In this document: positions 14,807 to 29,800 of the stretch, one piece after another | Numbering within the stretch: position 1 is the first letter of the stretch | Layout of the letters: each line of letters opens with the position of its first letter | NCBI GenBank assembly: GCA_002633005.1 | Contig: NMRA01000091.1 | Location: 953,820-1,017,819, forward strand | Direction: 5' to 3' | Length of the DNA stretch: 64,000 nt | DNA from: Phoronis australis | Taxonomy: Eukaryota > Animalia > Phoronida | Notes under the pieces: generated by a model | What the model saw: the letters and a program-made list of their open reading frames with translations, nothing else | The model's database searches: none | Told to the model about the DNA's origin: nothing | Translations under genes and position numbers: made by a program

Positions 14807-14896
14807 ATGGCACATCCTCAGTTCGCAAGACAAGCTACGAAAACAACCACATGTAGGAGCATTGTGTATTCGTGGTGTATTTTGACCTTGATTTCG
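14807..14896 (+). CDS. Exon 1: start and most of signal peptide
   Basis: aagATGG context. MAHPQFARQATKTTTCRSIVYSWCILTLIS, then gtaagt donor, phase 0, matching exon 2. Confidence 0.7.
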
Positions 14897-17800
14897 GTAA
14901 GTTTAAATTTGTCTAACTCAGCATCGACGTATCTTAGATAAACAAGTGTACCATGTTTGTTGAATGTGCACTGATACGCTACACCGTAACTTCATTTTTA
15001 CATAGGTTTTCGGTATCTATAAATGACTAAACGATGGGAGCAAATTTTAGTGTTAAACTGACATGAGCTAGATCCTTGAGCACTGACTACCATTCAAAGC
15101 GGAGCTCCCAAGATACTTGTGTTCTGTATACAAAACATTACGCAGTTGAAAAATTTAGGCAAACCTTGTATTTTTGAGAAACCTAATCAGTTTCATATTC
15201 GGGGTAGTAAAGTTTCGTTTCAATGTAGAAATACTAGAATTTGTTGTCGGCATGAATAGTGACTACATGGATTTTCACACAGTTTTGCATTACATTCGAT
15301 ATCAGATTGCCTGCTTTGCAAATAACAGTGTTTGACACGTTGAGAAAAACTGTCAAGAAATACGCTTGGTTTACCAAATCCTTATTAATCCATACATCTG
15401 AAAATCCAAACACTGACAGACGCTTCCTTATAAATTTTGCCCGATCAGGTCTGACTGAAAAAGCATATCATATGCAGCCTTTACCCCACGAATATAAGGC
15501 ATCTCCAGTATTTTTAACCAGTATTTTATACTTGATACAAAATGTTTAGTAAACAATGGGAATCGAAACCATGCAACAACTGCCTACTCCTAAAATGAGT
15601 TAACAAAACTTGATTTGTACATTATCCAATTGTTCATATGCCACGTGTTCCGCCGTATTGGTGGCCAGCAAAATCACACTGTACTTATGGAACCTGGAAA
15701 ATTTTCAAAATAGAACTCGAAAGTTTAAGTACAAACAATGTTTTAAAATATTAGTGACATAAATATAATTTATTCCACATATATAGGAATACTGCTGTCA
15801 TATCCTATCGAAAAATCATTTCATCTGGGAATTTCCCAACGAGACCCTATATGGACTTAATTGCACCATCGCCGCAAAATCGAGTTCCCGTGTGCTCCGG
15901 CTTGTTGTTATACGAAATTAAAAAATAATTGCAGGTGGTCTGATACACGTTTTACCAGAAGTGCGCAGTCCTTGCATGTGGGCCCATTGCACTGATAACC
16001 TGGAAATATTTTTAATATGCTTTATTAATATATAGTTAAAACGGAGCTGCGGAGCTAGAAACCTGGCTCAACGGTTTAGCAGTGTGACCTGGTGGGACTC
16101 GAACCTGCGAACTCGAGTAAAGAAAGCGTGAACTTATCAACCAGGCCCCATTGCTTCCTCTGTTGTTACATGTATTAATTCGTAGAAACGGCGCCCAACT
16201 AGTGACCGGTTTAACATGACAAATACACATACGCGGACTTAAAATAGTGAAATTCAGACACCTATTACCAAGCCTGCCTTAAGGGCTGACAAAGTTTTTA
16301 TTGTATTAATTTCAAGGGCATGGAGTCTTCAACATGTCCATGTTATTATTTTTAGTTTTCTCGCGGGGGCAGCTTCGCCATTAGGGTACAACTTACTGCT
16401 GTTTTTTGACAAGAAGGAAATGTACCTCCACGGAAACAGTTACAGTGTTACCACGGTAACCGATATTTTAGTGTCAGTGCCGTTTTTTACTGACATTGGT
16501 CATAAACCTATCATGTTATATCAAAATTGTTCAGGAACGATTCTGTTTGAAGCAGAAACTGGAGTAGAAAATTTCGTAAAAATGACTCATTCCACATCAA
16601 GAAATTGCCTCATTTTGCCCCCCAGAACACTTCCCTTGTATCTCCTAATCCACCAAACTTTGTGGTGTCATACTTCACCCAATTTCTCTCATCCGTAATG
16701 TGATTTATCAGACTAAACACTAATCTGAATGACTGACCCCCACGTTGCCGCTTGTTGGCTGTACAGTGGTCGGTGGTTTCGTGGACTGATACTTAACACG
16801 AATAGAATGTCTTGATAAGTTTAGTCTGAACCTTCTTTAACTTCAACGATGAAGTACGTTTTATCAATTTTCCGTATGGTATGACAGCATACGTTTCCTT
16901 AAGACAAGCACACTTGTGGACAACACTGATAAATGGTTATATCACCCGCTTCTTTGAACTCATTTCTTTGTAATATACTTGGCAACACGTAGTAATTAGT
17001 GGCAATTAAAATGGTCAACAAAGAGCACGTACTTTGGACTGCTATTTTATCGTCAAACAAACGAAACCAATCTAGTCTGTCTTTAGGCATATGCTATGAA
17101 CACTTTTAAAATTTGTTGTTCTTGTTAAAGGTCATTTAAACTTAGGAATACCCGGCATTTTATTTAGTATAATCTTCTGCAGGGGAACTGTGTGTCAGGG
17201 CTTTGGTTCGAAAAGGACCCTAAAGTGATGGAGGTGATTAGACAAGAATTCATATACGTCGACAAGCCAAGTCTAGACCAAGTGTTTCAGGAAGAGCTTG
17301 TGTCGGCGTCAGGTAAATGCTAGTACAGAATATACATGTAGAAATGGACGAAATGGAAACAACTCAAGTCGAACTTCTTGTCAATTCCTCAGAAACATAC
17401 GGCATGCCAATCCAATGTTTGTACTTTAGAATTTTTGATACAACTCTAGACACTAGGTCACAAGCTCGTCGCATAGAAATTAGTAAAAACGTATAAATTG
17501 TTCAATTTGTTTTACTTTCTCATAAAAAATAATAATAATACCTCCGTCCCACCGGGGGTGTCATGTCCATGCGGTGCTTGTATGGCATAAACCGCAGTGG
17601 CACCGCCATAATCGTCGTGGTTCTCCAGGGATTCCCCCATTCATCGCTGCAGCACCGCGGAAAACTGTCAAAAACGCAGACCTTCGCGGTGGCACGGCGG
17701 CAACTTTGAACATGTTCAAAACTTCTGCAGTGCCACCGAGGTTGGGCCAATCCGCTGTGGAATCGCCGCGACACCGTCGTGACCGCCGCGACACCGTATG

Positions 17801-20800
17801 AAGGACCACATTAGCACCTCCATCACCGCCGTGCTTCCGCAGCACTACCAGAGTGCAATCGTCGAAAACGTAGACTGGCGATCTTACGGCGATCACGTGG
17901 GGCGAAGACAAATGTACACATGTATGCGTGACGGCTATGGAAAACTATGAAACACTACTGGCGGTGTCATTACGGTACAAGCGTTTTGACCAAAACCGTA
18001 GTGGCACCGCGCCTCTGGTTTAACCCGCCGATGTGTGCCCAAGGTATGGCTTCCGTGCGATCTATATTGTTATATCTAATTAGATACAACCAGTGGCTAA
18101 TCTATAATATCACAAGGGTGGCTCAACATTTTGTCTGTTAACATTTGCTCAAAGCACGATTGTAGATGCGCACAGCACCGAATAGGGGGAGATCGGGAGG
18201 GGATTTTTCTAATTTTTCCTCTAAAGATCAAGCATTGTCCTTGATTCCCGAAGTATTATCCAAGAAAACTAGGCAAAAAAACGAAGAAGGTGACAGCCAG
18301 GAAAAACTACAAAGACCCCAGACTCGAACTCACGAGGTAGCGGACATATCGCGCGTGCTTTACCACTGCACCACCACGATTCAACTCCTAACTTGTTACT
18401 AAGAGACCTACTTGTTTATGGTTCACAGCTTATTACATGTTTTGTATTTTGTGCAATCAGTTCGTAACAAGTTTGTTGTGTTCAAAATAGTCTTCAATTG
18501 CACAAAACACCAAATCCGTTTTTTGTGTTGGCAATAATGACGCGATTTCTTTGGAAATCGTCTTAAGTAAAGGTTTGACAAAGAGAGAATTATGAGTTTC
18601 TGAGTGATTCACACAGGCTTCGATTAAAATTGACATCTTACTTGCAGCTTCTGTTTTTTCACCATCACTTGGATTCCATTTTCTTTAAAAATGATGTAAT
18701 TTTCTTCATTGCACAGTGGAGGAGATGACGGAAACGGAGTCGTGGTGCCCATCGCCACTGCCTGTCGCCTGAGATATCGCGGGAGAGCCTAAACTTACCC
18801 ATTGTTCCGTTACGATTGCGCCGTGTTCCGAACTTGACACTCGAAATTGGATCTGAGCTCCCCCCCCAAAAAAAACACTAAAACTACACACATCTAAATC
18901 TTGTTTCATCCGTATAATTTTAATTACCGGGGTTAATTAGTATCCTAAACATTTCCCTACGCTTTTGCTGTTTTATTTTTTTGCGGTAGCCAACGGGGGG
19001 GGGGAGGCGGGCGCCTGCCCCCCCTAAATCAGCCTATGGCAACAAAGAGAAACAACGTTAGCTTCCCTCAGGCGATAACCATGTGACGCGTAATACGTCC
19101 GTCGCATGGATCGCGCAAGTTATACAATGGCCTGTGACTTCCGCACGACGTCATTTGGCATGGGTGTGACTGTCAGTGAGACGTGAAGTGCGCAAGAGAT
19201 TTACGGCCTGTTTCATACCTCCGCTCAATGACCTTTCTGTGATGAAAATATAAAAAACTGACCAGTAGTCAGAATTCCAGTTTTGAATGAAATCATGAGT
19301 AACTGTAGGTCTCAAACGCTCCACAATAACGTCTCTCCGTATATTGAATATTTTTATTGGTTACAGAGAATTCATCGAAACAGGGCAAATCGTTGGGTAA
19401 CGCGGAAAAGGCTGACCTGGTGATACTGGAGCTTGACATATTCGCGACAGTAGAGCAGTACCTACGCAAATTCATCCAATCAATTTCAAAGTAAGCACAC
19501 ATGTAAATTTGTGCATGGACAAGCAGCAGTCATAAAATAAGGCTTAGAATGTCACAAGTTTCCTAAGAAGGGCACTTCCGTTATAAACTGAGGCCTAAGT
19601 AACCACAGATATGAACATGGATATGTACCTTAGGTAAGCATAAAAGTGTACATGGACAGATACCTTCGCCATAAACCGAGACCTAGGCAAACACAAATGG
19701 TTATGGGTGGTTATTACAGTCATGAATCGAAAGCAAGTATTGGTAAGAATAAATGAGTGCATGGACAGTTGAGTGAATTAAATCTCAAGTCACTTTACAT
19801 AAAACGGATCCGTGTACTATTTTGCATTTAAACCTCCAACTTGTTATTTATATCTTGAAAGTACAATCAACGCCTTATAGCACAATTCAGCAAAACTTCC
19901 AAATTTCAAGTTCACATCTTTTCTTGGAAGGTGTCTACGAACATGTGGTTAAAATGATAAAAGAAACTGGAGCGAGGTAAATATTATCTGGTACGTCAAT
20001 TTGCTAACTGAGCACGGCTTCATGGTGGCAACACGAGTCTCAATAGAGTTAACCAAATTCCTAAAAAGGGTATCATTGGTGTTTTGACTGTGCAATATCT
20101 TCAGGTAATGGTTTACTGCACATACTGTAGATCGCATCCTTTCAGGTCAATAAGGAAAAAGCGAACCTATTCTTATGGTTACGGTCGTCTCTTATGGCCC
20201 AACGCGACAATACCATATAAAATATACCCGATGCAGTTTAGTAAGTATTTTTACACCACTTGCGTATTGATACATGTACGAACGTGTAAAAAGCATGTAA
20301 CGTGTCCGTGCAATGACCCAAGACATTAATGCACGGCTACGTGACCATAAATTAACAAAACCATCGTCACGTGACCAAAGCAGACCTACGTTCTACAGCT
20401 GGAATTCTATAGTTTCGGCCTTATCAAGCGGAGTTTAAGATGAATAAATTACACGAATTCACGTTGCAAAGACTGGGAGGGCTGTAGCCCTCTCCCCAAT
20501 CATCTGAGTTCTGTCTGTCCCTTGGTCACACAGGTGGCCCAGCATAGGGGGCTGGGGGACTGTACCAGCCACTTATTTCAGTACTGCACCGCCCCTGCAT
20601 TTATTATACATTTAAAAATTAAACAAATGTATTAAACTGGGTATCATTTGGTAATTGAAATCGCAAATTCTACTTATAATAAACGTGTACTGTTTCCTAA
20701 TTGGCCATTATTGTTGCTCCTGTCACAAACCCGCCCGTTCACGACAGCTTGTAAACTAAGCCGGTGTAACTGATCAATGAAAACTCCAGTGGTAACCACA

Positions 20801-23800
20801 GTAGCATTTTATTTTTATCACCTCGTGGTTACTAAATAGCAGTTGTAACATCCAAGTAAACTCAACCAAAAATTTATTTAAATGACACATTATCGATAAA
20901 TTTGCATGATTAGTCTACCTCCAATCCGGAACCGAAACAAAACCGATGGCAAAAACGCACAAAAGGAGGTCAAAATAGCCATCACTATCGTTCGAATAGT
21001 AGTCCCTACCTCACAGTGAAACAGGGATAAACAGAAAACTGGTGACTCTACATAAAAATAAAAAATGTACGAAAAAAAAAAACGGAAAAATGGTGTTTAG
21101 AATACAATGTCAAATATCGTGTACTCACATCACCAGAATGAATTGTCAGTGTCATTGAGGGAATTTAAGACTCAGTGGAGAAATTGAGGTTTGATCTTTG
21201 TTTAGTCGTGCAATCTGATTTGCACTCCATTCACCCCCCTTCCGGTCTCATTTGATAAGAACTGCGTCATGAACTCCGGTGAGCAATCCCTAAAATTACG
21301 TCATCATAAAGGTATGAGATGTCACCATAGGAATGGAAATTTGCCTTCTAAATACTCAAACATGAACCAGCTTTTGAACGAAGCTTCAAGAGAATGAAAG
21401 CAAATATCTTACAGTTACAATTTTATATTAACTAAAACACATGATTTCGTTCTTGTTTGATTGCAAACGTGTTGTACTCGACATTTTACTCGCACCCAAA
21501 TTTTTAGTACGTCGAACGACGTTAAAGAATAACTTTATCAGCGTTATGGTTTGGACTTAGTTAGTTTTGCTTATTCGCCGCTTCGGGTGCTAGTTTTCCT
21601 ACCGATAAATTTAGAGGCGAGTGGTAAGCTACTCTCTGACACAACGCCAACTTTACTGAAAAATGACCCTGTGGAAAGATGATGAAAGACACGTAATTCC
21701 GTCTGTGGGCAACAATGTGCATGGTTTTTTGGAAGCTTACCGGTCACATTGCCACCACTTGAACACGCCATCTATGCAACGAGCTTGTTTGGAATTAAGC
21801 CATTGGATCGGGGTTGCCTTGATTTTGTTTAAGTTGATTACTGCCAGTTTAAATGAATTACAACTATTCAAGTCAACGTAACAGAGAACCGGAAGGGGTT
21901 CCCACAGTTCAACCAATGGGATTGAGTGAATGTTATGACATCGTTTTCTTTTCTTTAACCAATGATAATCCATGTAATGGGAAGATGACGGAGTGAGACA
22001 ATTCCTACATATGGTACCACACTTCTTGCTAGTATGAGTGTTTTACTCATGCTAAATGCTTACTAGGCACCTTTGCAGCAGGGGATCACTTAAAAGTACC
22101 ATTAGAGGGTTCTTCATCAGGATTGAGTAATTATGGCCTTTTACCAAATTCAATCATCTTGTGGTGTCCTTATGCTCCCGTGAGTACATGTATGTCCGTG
22201 ACGTCAAATTACACCATTTCTTCACATTTTGCGATTTTCACTGTAACGAATTCGTTTACCATCAACGTTATGACTTTTTTTCAAACAGACCAAAAGGAGC
22301 TTCAGCTATTAAGGATAGCAATGAGTCAATGGGAACACTTTACTTGTATCAAGTTCAAGAAAGAAGAGGGCACAGGCCACTTTGTAGAATTTCAAGGCAA
22401 AATCGGAGGATGCTTGTCTCAAATAGGATACTCTCAAACAATTTCACCCCAGATCGTTCGATTGCACAGTCCTGGGTGCAGCAATGTAAGTAAAACAGTA
22501 GGTCATGGAAACAAATTGAGACTGTCTAGCTTGTACAATGACAGACAATGATGAAAAACAGAATTGCATGCTCTTCCCATATATAGCGATCAATAGACGT
22601 GTCCATTGCTCACTTTGTTTTTCTTTCTTATTATCAATGTAATGTCAGTCATTTATTGGTAAGTGGCCCAAGTTCCATGTACATGTACGACATCCATGCC
22701 ACCCGTGTGTTGATGTCCAACAAAGACGCAACAAACGAAATAATGGGAGTGTCGCATAGGCGATAACCATGCAAGGTGCTTAGGCCCCTCGTATGAATCT
22801 CGCAAATTGAACAATACCTTGCAACCACCATTTGACGTCATGTGGCATGGGTTAGGAAAGCCTTTTGGAAGTCAGGAAAGCTTTTTGGAAGTTCGAAAAG
22901 AGTATGTAACATGTCGACATGCTGGCTTGATTTTTGCAACACTCTGTTTAGTGCTTATTTTTGTGCAGTTAAGCTGGGAACTGGAACGTGCGACCTAACA
23001 ATGCAAGAGTTAAAGGACGAGAATGAAATGAGAGAATACATTTGTATTTGTAGCTTCATATTGTCTTTGAAAGCTAATGGGGAGTTTCCTTATCATGCAT
23101 TAACATGTATTGCAAACACTTCAACAAGCTTCACAATTTAGTTTTTAAAGTTCCTTTGCTTTCATTGTATATGCAACAATCATTGATAAAACTTAGCATT
23201 TTTACGGGGAGTGTTTTTGAACATAGTGGTAACCCATATTAATTCAATTCGACAACGTCAAAAACGCCATGAGTTCCGAGTCAAAGTTTCTTGCGGGTAA
23301 AGCGTGATCCGGTGCACAAGTCCGTGAGATATCGCCTTATGCGTTTAAGGTCATCTGATTTTGCTAGATTTCTCCTGCCACGCATGCTATTGAACACAGC
23401 CATGGTCTACAACTTTGTGTCTTTTGACGAATTTCACGCAAGNCCATCTTCGGAATTCGACAAATTCTTACACGAGCTTCAAGGTTTTTATTTTTGCTGT
23501 TAATAAATTTACTTTGTTTATATTTTACTTTTTTTGGTCATAATGCATTGCCCCAGAAGGTGCAATAACTCCTGACGACGCAATGTCAAAGTTCATGCCA
23601 AAATTCTCCAATAATTAGCATGATCGTTAGTAAAGGTTTTGGCGTACATGTTATTGCCAGTAGAATATAGACTTGCTTATTACTCTGCTTTAGCTTCCGT
23701 TTCCAATCAGGTTACAATAACAGTACCACACCTTCCGCTAAATCAAGACTAGAGAGATCCGTTTATTTTTTCAAACAATGTCAAACGTCTAAGATTCTGT

Positions 23801-26800
23801 TGAAAGCATCCCCTTCTTCTCTGGAGAATGAAGCAATGGAATGCATTTCCCAGCAAGCCATTTCATTTGGGATGCTTGATCAACCAGTGGCAGATCTACG
23901 ATTTCAGTAAGGGGGGGGGGTTAGGATTCGAGAGAATCCGAGGCGCGTAGCGCCGAGGAGAAGGAAGGTCGCGAGAGGGTTTCCCTCCTCCCGTGTAAGA
24001 TTTTTTGGGATTTTTAGTAACTAATTTCGTTTTTCTGGCGATTTTTTTCCAGTTTTTATTTTTTATCCTGTCCCGAGGGGGGGTTTAAACCCCCTGAACC
24101 CCCCCTGTAGATCCGCCTCTGTCTACAATACCTAAATTATTGCCTCTTCAGGTTTGAGTTTGGTGTGCCCATTTCTCCGGCTACTTAATACGAGACCCAG
24201 CTTACAAGCACTGATAAATACAAATATGTGGGTGTTATGATTGATAATAATTTGTGGCACATGCTTAGTATGGGTGCACAGATGTTTTTCAGCGGATTGG
24301 CGTTTGTACAGAGTCAGGAGCTATGTCGGTCAGGCTACTCTTCAGACTCTGTACAAAAGTCTAATTGTAACAAACCTTGAAAACGGTGATGTTGTGTGAG
24401 GTAGCTGTGCGTCTTACCTTCAGGTTAGATTTCAAAAACTACAAAGCATGGCTGGAACGCTGATACTCAACTATAGTGGCCGTTGTAACGAAGCTCTTAT
24501 TTCTGACCTCCTCAATACAGTTTGTGTGTGGGGCCTGGTTAGCAGGTGTGCCTTTCATTTAAACTTGATGGTGAACAAAGTCACACATAGACTTACATAT
24601 AATTACCTCACCACTAAATTCAGATCACTCACAGATTTTCAAAGTATCAATGCCAGAGCGGGTATTTCTGGCTGCCTGGTACCAAATAAACTAAGAGGTT
24701 TTGCCTACAGAAGTGATGTCGCTTACAACGGGCCGAGGAGTGAGGACTGCCGTCGTGAATGCGCCCAATGTCCACCTCTTCAAACAGAAATACTGATAAT
24801 TTGTGCGTGGTTCGGGACTGTTGGTCTCAGCTCACCATCGTATTACTCTATTTTATCTTATTCGTTTTCCCCGAGTAATTTCCAGTTATATCGCCATATT
24901 CCTGAAAAGAGAAGGAACTCTTTCCACTTATACCTCCTTAGCATAAACGGTTACGTCACAAAAAGGTATCAGTTGCCACTTTGCGCGAAACTATGCGAAT
25001 AGGACCGAAAATTGAAACACTTTGGTTATTAACAGGGATACTATAGAACCTTAGTTAAAATTATAACGCTGTATACAGACTAAAATGAAATTACAATTCT
25101 CAGCTTTACTGGAGTGCGGATTGAAGGAATACGGAAAGCTACTTTTATTCAAATTGTATCCAAGGATTAATCTATTAAGCTACGCGTTGAACCGTAATGT
25201 ATACAGTATATTAAATAGGTTTCCACATAGCAGAAATACATTTTCATTCAAACTAGACGCTGCTAGTTTTTGCAGAGATCTGTAGTGATTGGTGTTGCCA
25301 TTTTACCCCACTCCTTAATTTTTTCTATCAGGTGTACTTCCTACTATTAGTGTGACTGTCCCTTAAGCCGGTACACAAATCTAAATGATTTTATTACAAC
25401 TTACATGTATATCAGTTCACTTTTACAACGAGGGTTATTTGACAATGCCGCTTTTGACCTGTTTCAATATCGATAAAGTTGCAAACTCGCAGTTCCTGTC
25501 GTTTCAGCTACCGACTTATCTACACACGCTGGGACACATCATCGGTCTTTCTCACGAATTTAACAGCCCGGATAGAGATAATTATATCACCATCAACTTT
25601 AATAAAACAACTTCTTCAGAAAATTTCCGCAAGCGACGCTACGACGAGGATGTTTACAACGTGGAATATGATTTCACTAGTCTCATGCACTTCGGGTTAA
25701 AGGTACTATATTTCTGGAGGTCAATTCTTTTCTAAGGCTCGGAGCTTCGGTTTCAAATTCTTGTACTCAAAATGGATATCGAAATATTCTTTTGCATTTT
25801 CTATGTTGTTTAATTTTGTGGTCAATTATTCTGTGCTTGAGTGAATTATGGTTTATCTTTTTTCTAACTCATGTTTTCATTCCATTACTCCTAGATTCGA
25901 TTAAGAGAGTGAAGTAAAACTCGAAATGTCAAGTCCAAGCTCTAAATTTCGGGGCGAGAATCTAGCCTTTACATGTAATTATAGATCTATACACAATAAG
26001 TGGAAATTGGGACCAGGCAGTTAGTCCTACCATCCAATGTGTACTACTCGAGCAAAGAAAAATGGACACATAGATTGAGTTCAGACCGAAGTAGAATGAA
26101 GAAAATGAAAAAAATCAAAGATTCAAATTTGATGCCTACGGTCTAATATTTTACTGAAATTGAAATCGAATCCTTTTTAATATTCTGTTTTCTTTCAGTT
26201 TAGAAAAAAATCAAGACAAGTGTCTGTTGACTTGGTACTTGAAATCTCGTGTCCGGTGTTGAGTTTGTAGCTCAAATATAGGCGTCATCCAGTGTGAGGG
26301 TGAACTAAACACATATTTCATGCCTAAACTTAAGCGAACAAATGCAAAGCAACCATCATTTCATATCGAAGTAGACAGGCAATTACTGGCATAATTTCTG
26401 TATTTGGAGTCCGGGGATAAGACTCCCGGGTCTACTCAAGCGATGTAAAGTTCACCATGACTCGCACAATGCGTGGTGGGGTTACAGCTTCCAACCTACA
26501 TGTATTTGGGTACACTCATGATCCCTGTGCTAATATTGCTGAGGGAACTCTATTTTTTCCGTAACAAACACAAGCATGGTCACGTTTAAATCATCAAAGA
26601 GATACGTATATTTTGCACGAATGGTGACTCAGACTAGGTGGTCTACCTTTGTCCAACCATACTGCAAAAGTGGAAACATGATTGATGAATTGACATCTAA
26701 GATACTCAGTTGTTTATTTCGTTTACGATAAAATGAAAAGAAAATACACCTTCTGATGTGTGCAAGCTGTCTTGGATTTCATGCAAAACTTGCACTGATA

Positions 26801-29800
26801 TCGGTTCACATAATGTGCAAGCTGTCTTGGATTTCATGCAAAACTTGCACTGATATCGGTTCACACAATGTGCAAGCTGTCTTGGATTTCATGCAAAACT
26901 TGCACTGATATCGCTTCACACAATACTCAAGCAGTGCCACAAACAGAATATCACTAAATCATACAACAACAAACATGATCAAATCTCAAATTATCAGGAG
27001 AATAAAATGTTAAAACATTGCGCCGGTAATTACTAGGAAAGCCAGGTGTTTTTTTTCTGTGCCAAAACAATGGATTAGTAAACATCTTCAACAGGGAACG
27101 GAGAACATTTGAGGACCTTATGGCGTGCAGGCTGTGACAGGTAGACCTACGTAGTTCCCCATACGTGACCAGGAATTAATTAAAAGTAGCACATCGGCAA
27201 AAACAATGATTACCGATCTCAAATGTATACTCGCCTTCGTTGACCTAGACTGAATCTAAAACGATATATTAAACAGTTTTTAAACGGCGTTTCGTGGTAA
27301 CTCGGGCAGAAACACTTCTCAAAGAGGAAAATGCTTGTATTGGTTGGGCTTTGATCCATGACCCAGTTAACCATTTATTGTCCGGGCATGACAAAGTCAA
27401 AAATGTAAAGTGTTGTTGGGTAATATTAGGAAACCAAGACATCGTCTTGCTCTGTGCCAATCATCCTGCGATGCTGTGTGATCTAGTACCAGAAACAGGT
27501 TGGCTGGTCGCGAATAGACACACCGGTATCAGTCTCAAATCCATTTCCCCTAGGCCTTTTCCATAGACGGCTCCCAGACAATTTTTGCCAAGGACAAAAG
27601 GAATGAAGAACTGATAAGTACTCAGGCAGGAAAAGAGATACGTTTCAAGGACATAAAATTAGTCAATTTGATGTATAAGTGTAACGGTATGTATACATAT
27701 TTTGCATATGGGCTATTTCACGCAGTGTAATGGACGTTGCTAGTGTTACGCAAGGCATACTTAGATCGTGGTATTGTGGACTCGGTGAAAATGGTCACCT
27801 GCTCTGTAAGAAGTACACGCAGCCTATTTACTTTTATAAAACATGTTTTAAAATTAAATCTGGTTAAAAGTGTGGTTGAATCAGGTTGGACTATAATGTC
27901 GATTTCAAAAATGCTTTTTATACCTTTTAAACGACTGGTTTAGTAAAACTTGGTTTAATTTTGAGCACTGCCTAAACCCGTTTTGATTCCATAGACAACA
28001 ACATAATCGTCAATTCTTTTCCTCGAATATGCTCTATTCCAAAACGAAACAGTCATTCTTTCTCAACCAAGAATCAAATGTGCAGTTGCTGTGAATGATT
28101 TTCAACGAAGCTTTTTAAAACGATGGCAAAGCACACGGGAGAATCAAAACTCAAGAAACGTGTTTCTTATTGCTTTTATTCAAACCGCAATGTAACTCCA
28201 AGGTGTCGTAATAATACCTTCACTTGTTGATTTCAATCATAATAAAATAAAACCAAGTAGCCATATTATCAGTTGTGAATATTGTTACACACTAATTAGC
28301 TGGGCTAGAGAGAATGTTTTAGAAGCTATTTGCTAAGTCTCAAATGTGGTGTCAACACATATTTTCGAAAATTCCTTGTACGCAAAACGAGATTATTACG
28401 GCAACTAAGACTCATCGAAAACATTTTCAGCAGTGTTTGATTAAAAATGTTTTAGGGAATAAGAAAACACAATTCAAGTAAAGAGTTCCATAACATCAAG
28501 TTTATTTGGGGTCGCATGGAACCTGAAAAGCAAAGGTCTTGGGGATGTCTAAAATCATGAACACACAAATCTTTGGACAAATAGATAGGATCCCGTTTGG
28601 TTGTTACTTTCGAGAATTGACACAGTTGGCTAAGTTCTCTAAAAGCGGAATCTCGCGAATAAACCTAGTGTAATCACGTCATGTTCGATGGTATTTTACG
28701 AAGTTATTGTGATGTTGCGTTTTTCCGTGTGTGCTCAAGGCTACACATCCCATAAAAAGTCATGCAACGTAATAATTCCGTTATTTTTCAAATAGCCAAG
28801 TGCACAGCAGACATTCGGTGCAGTGACGGTGGTTTTGTAAACAAAGACTGTAAGTGCTTCTGTAAAGACGGCACCAACAGCTGCCAAGAGGGTGGACTGA
28901 AACTCCCTACAACAGGAACAGGTCTGTAATCGGGACCACGTGATGTCTGATTAGTTGTATCCTGGCAATGTTTAACAAATACACAAAATGTGGAACTAAT
29001 ATGAACTTTTTCATTTGTGCGTCGATTGTCCGTTTTTGATTCTAATCTGGCCGTAATTAAAAGTGCAAGCTGCTGTTAACGTCACTCCGCTCTTTTTACG
29101 TGTACATGTCATCACAGGGGTCAAACAATTTTAATGCTGATAAATAGTTCTTACAAAGATGACAAAATCCAGTTCTTAAACAAATATTCTGTTATATGGC
29201 TACTTCATGGTCGCACTGAATCCGTAAAAGACTTAGTAAATGATGAGGCAAATGTGACAAAATTCCTTGACCATGATCTGCAATTGCTGGATTATTATAT
29301 GGACAAGCCTATCATGTATCACATATCTCGAGACGTGGGCTTGAGTTGTTGTCTCTATGTAGAAAATGTAAAATGCGGATTTTAATTAACCGAATTGGTG
29401 AACTCACAGGTTTGGGCAATTTTGCATGTGAAACATACATGTACAGTGGAAGTATTGTAGTGGATTATATTTTACCGAGTGGAAACTCTTTATCATCAAT
29501 TAAGCGTTTTGAAGTTGGCGACCAGGTTGACTTGCAGCATTTCCCGCTTTATTGTATTTTCAATTATAACTTGAAAGTGGAAACCAACATCTTAACAGTA
29601 TGCAACAAAGTATACAGAAAAATGAATTGGAACAAACCTACTAAAAACACGAAATGCATGTCGATGAATAGCACTAACTGTTTAAAGTCATCAGAGATAT
29701 CACCCCAGGGTTACTTGTTATATGATGCGTGTCCGATTTAGTTGAGAGCTCAGCTTTGAGGTCTGGTATGAAGTTTGTCATTGTACACATGGATTGGTGT

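Noticed and set aside
16080-16158. Functional tRNA genes (also 34980-35055 and 18319-18376)
   Set aside because: A/B boxes are present, but they are embedded in repeat bodies with tails or TSDs, so they are SINE-type heads.
16317-16385. Signal-peptide-like frame AWSLQHVHVIIFSFLAGAASPL after an AG
   Set aside because: No in-frame ATG, and its phases (2/2) are incompatible with exons 1 and 2, which join directly in phase 0.
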